DNA of 64,000 bases from a virus: positions 34,229 through 98,228 of the IMG/VR virus record IMGVR_UViG_3300038393_000909. One strand, written 5' to 3'. The first letter of the stretch is position 1. Every line of letters begins with the position of its first letter. The notes beneath the pieces are model-generated. The model saw only the letters and a program-made list of their open reading frames with translations, was not told the origin of the DNA and searched no databases. Positions 56,772 to 64,000 of the stretch are shown here, in pieces. A program made the position numbers and the translations under genes.

Positions 56772-57053
56772 TCAAGGATCCTTCGGCTCGTAGAAGCGCG
56801 CGTGCAGGCCGCACAATTCAACGTTATTCCGAGCGCCAGTGGCGTCGATGCCATCCTCTGGATCACGAGGCTCACCGCTGCACGGATCCGTATGAAAGCC
56901 GAAGCGCAGGCAATCGACGCTAAAGATATAGGGATCGCCGTATATTTCCTTGCCGAGCCAGAACTTAAAGCCGAGCAGAGGACGGTCGGTTTGAACCCGA
57001 CCATGCTTGCAGTTGGCGCAAATGGGCAGGCCGGTCAGAACTTGCGTTGTCAT
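56772..57053 (-). CDS. small Cys-containing protein
   Basis: CANCKH...AR....CG..ARFYEP. Confidence 0.55.
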   Translation of the reverse strand: MTTQVLTGLPICANCKHGRVQTDRPLLGFKFWLGKEIYGDPYIFSVDCLRFGFHTDPCSGEPRDPEDGIDATGARNNVELCGLHARFYEPKDP

Positions 57054-57177
57054 CGCTTCTCGCCCCAGAACTCGCGGGCGATGGCGGCCGGCGTGAACGA
57101 CAGAAGGTGCATGCTCATCTGCCAGAGGCAGAGCCACTGCTGCATGATCTGGTCGAGGGTTGGTTCATGACGCTCGC

Positions 57178-57435
57178 TCACAGCCCTTGCTCCTTTCCGG
57201 TCTGGGACGCAGACTCGGCGATCATCTTCAAGAGTTCTTGCGTGCTCCGGTGGAGTCTCAGGAGCTTCTCAGCCTCTTCGATAACCTTGGGATCGTAACG
57301 ATACGCGACAGCGCGAGCCTCATAGCCCCGATGGTACGGGTCGACGAGGAAGTCAGCGACGACCAGCGTATCGAGATCGTGTCCGTCGACGGCAGCCAAG
57401 GCGGCGATGGCATCGTCAAGTGTGGGCTCGCGCAT
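57178..57435 (-). CDS. hypothetical protein
   Basis: Packed ORF. Confidence 0.5.
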   Translation of the reverse strand: MREPTLDDAIAALAAVDGHDLDTLVVADFLVDPYHRGYEARAVAYRYDPKVIEEAEKLLRLHRSTQELLKMIAESASQTGKEQGL

Positions 57436-57439
57436 CTGA

Positions 57440-57784
57440 TTATAGCCCCTGCCCCTCTTCGAACTCGACGTAGATGCAGGCGATACGGCTGCTAGCGCCG
57501 AGCCTATCAGCCGTCTCCTTCGAGGAGTGAAGGAGGCAATCCCCGTCGTTGTAGATGTTGATCCAGCCCTTGATCACGCTGGGGACGTTGACGAGATCGT
57601 GGTTGGTCTCGCGCCCGTAAGAGACACGGCCCTGCGGATCCCAGACCCGAACCGTCTGGGTTCCGTCCTTGGCAGTGGCGTAGCCGAGGATCGTATAGCC
57701 GGTGGTGGTCTTGAGGTCGGTCTTTAGGATGGTGACGGGCTGGCCGTCGCGGGTGGTGACGGGCTTGGTCAGGTCGAGTGTCAC
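57440..57784 (-). CDS. hypothetical phage protein
   Basis: KPV.TRDG..V.I, DLVN, GWINIY, EEG.GL. Confidence 0.65.
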   Translation of the reverse strand: MTLDLTKPVTTRDGQPVTILKTDLKTTTGYTILGYATAKDGTQTVRVWDPQGRVSYGRETNHDLVNVPSVIKGWINIYNDGDCLLHSSKETADRLGASSRIACIYVEFEEGQGL

Positions 57785-58002
57785 GTCTGGCTCCCTTTCT
57801 TCTCGAGGACGCGTCCGACGCCCTTCATGGTGATGCTGACGATGCCGTCTTCCTTGGCGACGAGGCGGAGTTCGCGCAGCTCGTCGATGACGCCGGGGGA
57901 TCCGAGATCCTTGGCCGGCTGGGGGCCGCTCATGAACAGGCGGTCGAGCAGGGCGCGCTCGTCGACGGAGAGGCTGGCGCGAGTGACCAAGCTCAGCTCC
58001 AC
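57781..58002 (-). CDS. small winged-helix-like protein
   Basis: L....LV......ITMKG. Confidence 0.5.
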   Translation of the reverse strand: MELSLVTRASLSVDERALLDRLFMSGPQPAKDLGSPGVIDELRELRLVAKEDGIVSITMKGVGRVLEKKGSQT

Positions 58003-58622
58003 TTCAGAGCGTCGCGGGCACGGGCAAGAACCGTGTCACCCGACCCTGTGCCGCCAAACTTCTCGTTCTGGTACTCAAGCTGGTTGATGCACTCGCCGAG
58101 ATGCCACTCCAGTGCCTTGATGCGCTCGCCGAGGTTTGAATAGGCTCCAGCCAATTCCTCGACAATTGTCTCTTCGACATGCTCGCCGATACAGACTCCG
58201 TTCTCATCCGACGCGCCGGGGAAGTTCCTCTGGTCATCCTTGAACCAGGGGTAGCCGAGCGCCTTGCCGGCGGCTTGCTGGCAGGCATCGACCACGATCC
58301 GCTGCTGATGCTCACCTAGACGCGCCTTTGCTAACTCTCCACACGCCTCTCCGTACATCTTGGCGAGCGAGATCAGGTCAGCCTCCAAACGCTCACGCGT
58401 CAGATCCGGTGGCGGGGGATCACCGGGCTCGTCGCCCAGGAGATGGCGGCGCTTGCCCATAGGTGTCATCACGAGGAAGCCGTTGAACTTCCTGACGAGA
58501 CCCTGCTCACACAGGTCGTCAATGACACGGGGCTCGACCTGAACCTCGCCAAGCTTGATGCTCTCGTACCAGAACAGCTTGCGCATCACGATAAGCTCGT
58601 CCGCGGAGAAGTCGGTGCGCAT
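57993..58622 (-). CDS. hypothetical protein
   Basis: Q..GKALGYPWFKDDQ.NFP motif. Confidence 0.6.
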   Translation of the reverse strand: MRTDFSADELIVMRKLFWYESIKLGEVQVEPRVIDDLCEQGLVRKFNGFLVMTPMGKRRHLLGDEPGDPPPPDLTRERLEADLISLAKMYGEACGELAKARLGEHQQRIVVDACQQAAGKALGYPWFKDDQRNFPGASDENGVCIGEHVEETIVEELAGAYSNLGERIKALEWHLGECINQLEYQNEKFGGTGSGDTVLARARDALKWS

Positions 58623-58626
58623 CGGC

Positions 58627-58806
58627 TCAGCCCCGAATCAGCACGTTGGCGACGAGGATCAGGGTGGCGATGGCGGCGATGAGGTAGCCGACCACGACGA
58701 AGCCCTCGTAGGGGTGGTCGTGCTGAGCTGGCTGACGGGGGAGCAGGAGGCAGCCGACGGAGAGCCAGCCAAGGATTGAGATGGTGAGAGCGGCGTTGCC
58801 AGACAT
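58627..58806 (-). CDS. small two-TM membrane protein (59 aa, not in ORF track)
   Basis: MSGNAALTISILGWL...YLIAAIATLILVANVLIRG. Confidence 0.45.
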   Translation of the reverse strand: MSGNAALTISILGWLSVGCLLLPRQPAQHDHPYEGFVVVGYLIAAIATLILVANVLIRG

Positions 58807-58879
58807 CGACGGGGGCGGTTTCCAGATCGCGGGCTCTCTCGCGCGGAGCCTCCACCGATCGGCCGGGTTTGTATCACGC

Positions 58880-58899
58880 CGTTCGAACTAATGCAAACG
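58880..58899. promoter_or_regulatory. 20-bp palindromic site
   Basis: CGTTCGAACTAATGCAAACG. Confidence 0.7.
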
Positions 58900-59248
58900 G
58901 GATCGACGTGGGTGGAACTGGATCGGGTGTCGCGCCCGTCTCTCGCGGAACCACGACCCTTCACCCGGTGTCAGGGGAGCGGCCGTCATCCGGTGAGGCG
59001 CCGTCCCTTCCCTCACTCTCTCCCCTGGCTGGTGTTCTTAAGGACGGGCCGAGGCGATAGCCGAGACGTTGTGGAACTCCATCGGTGCTCGCTTCCGCTC
59101 CGCCCGAAAGGCGTCCTAGACGATTCGAAGACGGAATGCAAATGCAAATCGAACGGCGCTATGTGCGGCAGCCTGTCGCAGGCAAGGAAATCAAGGACTT
59201 AGATCCCCTCGCCGTCCACAGGTTTCGTACGAATTCGCTTGACAGATT

Positions 59249-60307
59249 TTAGCCCTCGAAGCTCAGGCGGCGCCGTCCGCGGGGTCGCGCCGGTTCGGGC
59301 TGGGGCGATTCGGGCGCGGCCTTGCCGGTCTTCGCGCTCGTCTTCCGGGGGGTCGCCTTGGCCTTGGGCTTGTCACCAGCCATGGTGGGAACTGGGGCTC
59401 TCAGGAAGGCGGGTAGTTCATCCGACTGGTGCGTGGGGTCGATACTATCGAGGGCATCGGCGTTCGGGACCCGGCGCGAGGCGAGGTTGATCTTGGGCGG
59501 GGGCGCTGGGCAGTTCATCGACTGGATGATCTTCGAGAGTCCGTCGATCCCGAGTCCGATCACCTCCTGCCTGTGACCGAGGCTGGTGGTCATGGCGTCG
59601 AGTCGCTCGGTGATCTTGGATTGGTTCCCGAGGATGTCGCGCTCGGTCTCGATCAGGCGGCGGAGGGAGTCGGCGAGTCCGAGGTTTGCCTCGATGATCA
59701 GCTCCTGGGCGGCGCGGGCGTCGGTGATCATCGCGCGGTTCCGCTCGGCGATCTCGCGGGTCTCGCGCGCGTACTGGAGAAGCTGGTCGAGGCGTGGGTC
59801 GTCCATCGTCCCATCTCTGGCTGGCAGCCCGTTCTGGGCCGTAGCAACGCTCGAAGGTGGGGATTCGGATGCAGCCCCGGTCGATTCTTTCTGGACCGGC
59901 TCGGGTGCATGGTGAGGGAGGTGCTTATCGAGGACGGCGTTGATCTTGATCCTATCAGTCTCGCGCGCGCGTTCCGCCTCCTCGACCACCTCGGCGCAGG
60001 TCGGCACCGGCTGTCCGTCACGCGTGACCGTGAACTTTCGGGCGAGGACGTTCTCGGGCTTGATCTGCAGGCATTTCGCGCAGATGTCGTAGGCGCGGTT
60101 ACGCCCCAGGAGCCAGCCCCATTCTCGGAACTTCCGGGTGATGACCTCGTCGGGCAGCTTGCGCGCGGACTCGAAGGTCTTGGCACGCTCGCATCTGGAG
60201 CATGTCAGCGTGGTGTGAAAGCGGACGTGTGGCCCACTGCGTACAGGTTGGAACGGGAACGCGCGGCTGCTGGCGGGTGGTTGCATTGCTACCCCTGGCG
60301 ATGCCAT
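59249..60307 (-). CDS. hypothetical protein with N-terminal zinc ribbon and coiled coil
   Basis: CSRC...F..WGW...CAKC. Confidence 0.65.
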   Translation of the reverse strand: MASPGVAMQPPASSRAFPFQPVRSGPHVRFHTTLTCSRCERAKTFESARKLPDEVITRKFREWGWLLGRNRAYDICAKCLQIKPENVLARKFTVTRDGQPVPTCAEVVEEAERARETDRIKINAVLDKHLPHHAPEPVQKESTGAASESPPSSVATAQNGLPARDGTMDDPRLDQLLQYARETREIAERNRAMITDARAAQELIIEANLGLADSLRRLIETERDILGNQSKITERLDAMTTSLGHRQEVIGLGIDGLSKIIQSMNCPAPPPKINLASRRVPNADALDSIDPTHQSDELPAFLRAPVPTMAGDKPKAKATPRKTSAKTGKAAPESPQPEPARPRGRRRLSFEG

Positions 60308-60362
60308 TCAAGAACGCAACGGGAACGGAATTCGATCCGTTCCGATCTGTGCATACGGGCGC

Positions 60363-60623
60363 CTACGCCATCGCCGGCCTCTGTCCGCCATAGTGTTGCA
60401 CATCGGTGTAGGTGATCGCTTCGAGCTTAAGGTAAAGCGCGTTGAGATCGCGCAGTTCCAGCGCCTCCAGGGCAGATCTGCTCCAGCGCCATCCAGCAGT
60501 GCCGCTGAGCGACCGCGAACCGAGACGGCGCATCTCGAGGTAGGTGATCAGACTTGCTGGCGGATGCATACGCGAGACCGCGATGGCCATCAGTCTGTGT
60601 TCAGGATTGCTGTGTGTCGACAT
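60363..60623 (-). CDS. hypothetical protein (paralog of 6397-6612)
   Basis: LEMRRLG...W.W...ALY pattern. Confidence 0.55.
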   Translation of the reverse strand: MSTHSNPEHRLMAIAVSRMHPPASLITYLEMRRLGSRSLSGTAGWRWSRSALEALELRDLNALYLKLEAITYTDVQHYGGQRPAMA

Positions 60624-60919
60624 GGGATGTGCACGCTGCTCTGGGGGGGCCGCAGATCTATTGGCAGCGGTGCCAGATTGCAAACGCTTGGAATTGCTCA
60701 ATTGTACCCCGGATCTTAAGATTCCGGTCAGATCTGGACAAAAAGAACCTCCCCTCCCCCTGCCCGTCGCAGTGGCAGTGTGCCTGCAGTGTGGGCATCG
60801 CACGGATGTCAAGAGATATTCGCGTGCGCCTGGGTTACGGGAGAAACATGGCTGTGACAGGATTGTAACGCGGACGGAAACGTGGCGGCGTTTGTTCCAT
60901 AACCATGTATTATGAACGA

Positions 60920-61280
60920 CGATGGGTTTTGGAATGAGGGTCTGAATGCGGGGCGGTTTTGGAATGAGAGGGCTCCGTTTGGAATTGGGGGTCTGAATTC
61001 TCGGTCTCTTCCCCTCAGTACCCCCGTGCCCTGTGCACAAAAAGACACACCCCCAACGATTAGCGCCCCAACCCTTAGCGTGGGACCCCCCCTCGCCTTC
61101 GACTGAGTTGCACGCAATCCTTTGGTGCGCGGCTCGTACCTGGCACGGGTCCGCCGAGCTGGGTCCGCCGAGCTGGGTCCGCCACCGACGCCGCGCGGGT
61201 CCGCCGACGCGCTGCGCTGGCCCATGGCAGCCGCGCCGAGACCGGGACGCCCGAGACTGCGCCGAGACCGTCCCGGCCGC
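60920..61280. repeat. cluster of short direct repeats at transcription divergence point
   Basis: TTTGGAAT x3, GGGTCTGAAT x2, C-tracts, GGGTCCGCC x4 (61147, 61161, 61175, 61197), CCGAGAC x3. Confidence 0.75.
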
Positions 61281-61669
61281 TGGCGGTGCCTCCCTGGCGA
61301 TTGCCGAGGGTCGGAACCGGAGGCGCCCGCGATAGCACGAACCATGCCAACCCCGGCATGTTCGAATTGCATTCCGTGCATAGCAGGGATGCGCTAGACT
61401 GGGTGCAACTCCAACCATGGTTCGTCCATTGTCTGTGTGTCGGGACGGCGATTCGAACCGACGCCCGCCGGGGCTCCCCGGTCTAGACGGAGGTCCAAGC
61501 TACACAAGCCCTAGCAGGGCGCGGGCACGGGATGTCACCCGTCGGGGTCCGCAGGTCACTTGCCAGTCCGCCCGCCGTGAGGCGTCGCAGACTTCCAGAC
61601 CGCCCCAGATAGTCGCCACGGTCGCAGGACCGCAGGACATGACAGGCAACGCGATGCAGGCAAGCATCC

Positions 61670-62050
61670 GATCCGTTGGGTGGCGCAAGAGCCGGTTAGA
61701 TCCGGTAGCCAACCCAGAAGCGAAAGCTCACGGTTGAACGGACCCAAGCCGAGACATGAGGCGGACCTAGACTATCAGGAACCCGCGGGATGTTGGGTCA
61801 ACCCTACAGCAACGCCGCAGCAAGCGGCCAACGATAGCTGATGGCAGTAATTCAAGGCGCACACAACAACAGTCCGGCCCGTAGTGATTAGCTTCACCAA
61901 GTGACAGCACAAGGTCCGGTTGCTCTCTGCAACGTGAGACGGTTCGCCTTGTGTCGGTTCGGTCACTGACAAACAAACCTGCAACATGCGACGGGGCCGG
62001 GATGCGAGATGCTCCCGGCCTGTCGTCGTCTCTCTCACGCAAGGGAGTGT
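61670..62050 (+). ncRNA. candidate long structured leader/ncRNA
   Basis: Nested helices with G-U pairs and GNRA loops on + strand. Confidence 0.4.
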
Positions 62051-62055
62051 TGCAC

Positions 62056-62523
62056 ATGATTGAGATTGAACTTGCTACCTGCGGCGTGCGGCTTGCCTGC
62101 TACGCAACGCAGGACACTGACGGAACGCTGCACGTTACGCTTCGCGACAAGTTCGCCGGAACGTCTATCAAGTCTGTTACCTTTGCCGGTCACGGCAACG
62201 CGGTGTTGAAGGAGGGTCCCCGCAAGGGATTGCTCCCGATCAACTATCCCGCCGCTAAGTTTCTCCGCTCGCTGAATGACGCCGCTTCGCAAGAGGATGC
62301 CGAATCGCTGATCTGGTCGGCGCTTGGCTACGGCAGGCAAGGCGCTCGCGAGCGCTTCCCATCCCTTCATCCGGGTCCGGCACGGGCGTTCCACTGCCAC
62401 CTACCGCGGATGAATGGTGACCGGCGCGAGCAGGACAGTAAGCGCCACCTCTACAGCAAGGCCGAAGCCCGCGCGATCCAACGTGCTAACGCGGCCAAAC
62501 ATGAGAGCTACAAGCGTGCGTAA
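62056..62523 (+). CDS. hypothetical early protein
   Basis: ATG after AAGGGAG. Confidence 0.55.
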   Translation: MIEIELATCGVRLACYATQDTDGTLHVTLRDKFAGTSIKSVTFAGHGNAVLKEGPRKGLLPINYPAAKFLRSLNDAASQEDAESLIWSALGYGRQGARERFPSLHPGPARAFHCHLPRMNGDRREQDSKRHLYSKAEARAIQRANAAKHESYKRA

Positions 62524-62650
62524 GCTACTCGCCTACATCTTCTGTGACCGGATAACGCATCGCCGCCACATCCTCCGCGATGGCGGAGTAACCACGGTGC
62601 AATACTGGCGCTCCGGTAAGGTCACCTATCTGAGGAACGTCGAGCTATGA
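62516..62650 (+). CDS. small hypothetical protein
   Basis: GTG overlapping previous stop. Confidence 0.4.
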   Translation: MRKLLAYIFCDRITHRRHILRDGGVTTVQYWRSGKVTYLRNVEL

Positions 62651-62826
62651 TCGGACTAACGCGCGATCAAATCCGGTGGGCGCTCTCGCACGATTGGGCG
62701 CTGTATCCGACCCTGTGCGGGACCGGGGTTATCTGCCTCGATGTAACCGTGGTCAACGGCGTAACCGCTAGCCACGTCGTGACGCACTTCGATTACGCCA
62801 AGCTCCGCCGTTGGGCTGGCTACTGA
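62647..62826 (+). CDS. small conserved phage protein (59 aa, not in ORF track)
   Basis: QIRWA.SHDW...LRRWAGY pattern. Confidence 0.6.
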   Translation: MIGLTRDQIRWALSHDWALYPTLCGTGVICLDVTVVNGVTASHVVTHFDYAKLRRWAGY

Positions 62827-62844
62827 TTCGAATTATTGCAAAGG
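62825..62844. promoter_or_regulatory. 20-bp palindromic site
   Basis: GATTCGAATTATTGCAAAGG; TTGGGC at 62811. Confidence 0.65.
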
Positions 62845-62952
62845 GATTCGCTATGGGTGCGATGCTGTTCGTCGGCAGCGTTATGGCGCTGTTCGTCCTG
62901 TCCGCCGCCCTAATGGGCCACGCTGAAGATCTGTTCAACTGAGAGGCCAGCC

Positions 62953-63168
62953 ATGAAGGATCTGCCCAATATCGAGCCGTCCGCCTTCGTCAAAGGCGCC
63001 TACGTCGGATATTCCAAAGGCCCCGGTCCCTGGCGCATCCGTAAGGTCCGCGGCGACGCCGGCCGCGCTAACGGCTGGTACGCGTTCCGCTACGCCGAAA
63101 CCCTCTACGCCCGCACGCTGTCCGAGATGTCGGATAAGCTCGCCGCAATCCAAGTCTCCTACGTCTGA
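62953..63168 (+). CDS. hypothetical protein
   Basis: SD GAGG; NIE.SAF..G.YVGY. Confidence 0.6.
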   Translation: MKDLPNIEPSAFVKGAYVGYSKGPGPWRIRKVRGDAGRANGWYAFRYAETLYARTLSEMSDKLAAIQVSYV

Positions 63169-63176
63169 GGTGCACC

Positions 63177-63497
63177 ATGCGAGACCGCATCGAACTCGGG
63201 CCAACGCCCGGCAATGAAGACTGCGCACAAGTCGGCTCCGACGGATACCGCGACCGCGCACGCCGGGAATGCAAAGCCTATATCCGCCAGCTGGAACGCC
63301 AGTTCCCTAACGCGCCCTGGGGTGCCTGCTACGGGATCCGCGCATACCAGCACGATTTCGGGACGTACCTCGAGGTGTACATCTCGTACGATGAAGACGA
63401 CGCGGCACAGGCATCATACGCCTGGAACGTCGAAGCCAACCTGCCCGGCGAGTGGGATGCCACCGCTAGGGCTGAACTCGCGTATGTGGAGGCATAA
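63177..63497 (+). CDS. hypothetical phage protein
   Basis: LGPTP..EDCAQVG...Y..QL.R.F, HDFGTY.EV. Confidence 0.7.
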   Translation: MRDRIELGPTPGNEDCAQVGSDGYRDRARRECKAYIRQLERQFPNAPWGACYGIRAYQHDFGTYLEVYISYDEDDAAQASYAWNVEANLPGEWDATARAELAYVEA

Positions 63498-63499
63498 CC

Positions 63500-63838
63500 A
63501 TGGCTAACCGCTCATCCCAACACGGCGGATACATCTCCGAGGGCGCCATCTCATCCGGTACGCTCCGGACGCAGGATCTGCTCCGAACCTTCGCCGATGA
63601 ATACGAACGCGTGTTGCCCTTCAATGGGAAGCGCCTCGCCAATGAGGCACGCGATATGGCCACGCTGTTAGAGACAGCCTATCGGAACCCCCATCGGGTT
63701 GATGAGGCCGACGAAATGCTCTCCGATCTGATAGACGCCCTCAACGATATCGCCATGCGGGAAGGGCTGTACTTCGGAGCCCATGAAGGCGACGGCGCGT
63801 GCTTCGGATACTGGGAACCGGAGGAGGTGTGGGCCTGA
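63500..63838 (+). CDS. hypothetical phage protein
   Basis: GTLR.QDL, YFGAHEGDGACFGYW; SD GGAGG. Confidence 0.7.
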   Translation: MANRSSQHGGYISEGAISSGTLRTQDLLRTFADEYERVLPFNGKRLANEARDMATLLETAYRNPHRVDEADEMLSDLIDALNDIAMREGLYFGAHEGDGACFGYWEPEEVWA

Positions 63839-63840
63839 TA

Positions 63841-64000
63841 CAACCTGAGATGCGGAAAATGCGGTATCCGGCATGGGGTCAAAACCGCACTTTCGCAACC
63901 TGAGATAGGTAAATGGGGGTCAAAACCCCTGTAGGAAGCGAAATTTTCTTACTTGCGAGGGGTGGTCGGGATAGCGCAAGCCTATCAGAGATAGGCTTGC
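63841..64000. repeat. intergenic direct repeats and perfect hairpin
   Basis: CAACCTGAGAT x2, GGGGTCAAAACC x2, GCAAGCCTATC-AGA-GATAGGCTTGC. Confidence 0.65.

Noticed and set aside
61147-61210. CRISPR array
   Set aside because: Units are 9-14 bp with no unique ~30-bp spacers, and no cas genes are present.
60363-61418. 351-aa ORF across the repeat region
   Set aside because: The N-terminal portion is low-complexity translation of repeats; only 60363-60623 looks coding.
158-62844. Palindrome as host LexA or CtrA box
   Set aside because: Alphaproteobacterial LexA uses a GTTC-N7-GTTC direct repeat and CtrA uses TTAA-N7-TTAA; neither spacing fits.

Overview
The window is a 64 kb segment of a large, high-GC tailed dsDNA phage genome with a contractile (P2/Mu-like) tail. 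The host is inferred to be an alphaproteobacterium. Layout: 0.1-10 kb, mostly + strand, holds nucleotide metabolism (dUTPase, ThyX, glutaredoxin, dATP/dGTP diphosphohydrolase-like), an adenine MTase, HTH proteins, and an excisionase/tyrosine integrase pair with an intact attP carrying the 3' half of tRNA-Ile(CAT). 10-60.6 kb, - strand, runs from accessory genes (glycosyltransferase, HNH, collagen/GH5 fibre, PhoH) through terminase, portal, scaffold, capsid, neck, baseplate, several paralogous fibre genes, sheath/tube, a frameshifted chaperone, tape measure and lysis to a Ser/Thr/Ala repeat protein. 60.6-62 kb is a repeat-rich non-coding divergence point, and 62-64 kb holds small + strand early-type genes. 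The strongest unexplained signal is a 20-bp palindrome (consensus CGTTYGMATTAATKCRAACG) in about 15 full copies, almost all intergenic. At five sites it lies in fixed register over a TTG-N17-TA promoter, suggesting a genome-wide operator network. There are also several candidate structured ncRNAs: an antisense RNA inside the head operon, an array of CCA-ended tRNA-like units, and a long early leader. All calls come from reading motifs by eye; no searches or folding programs were run.
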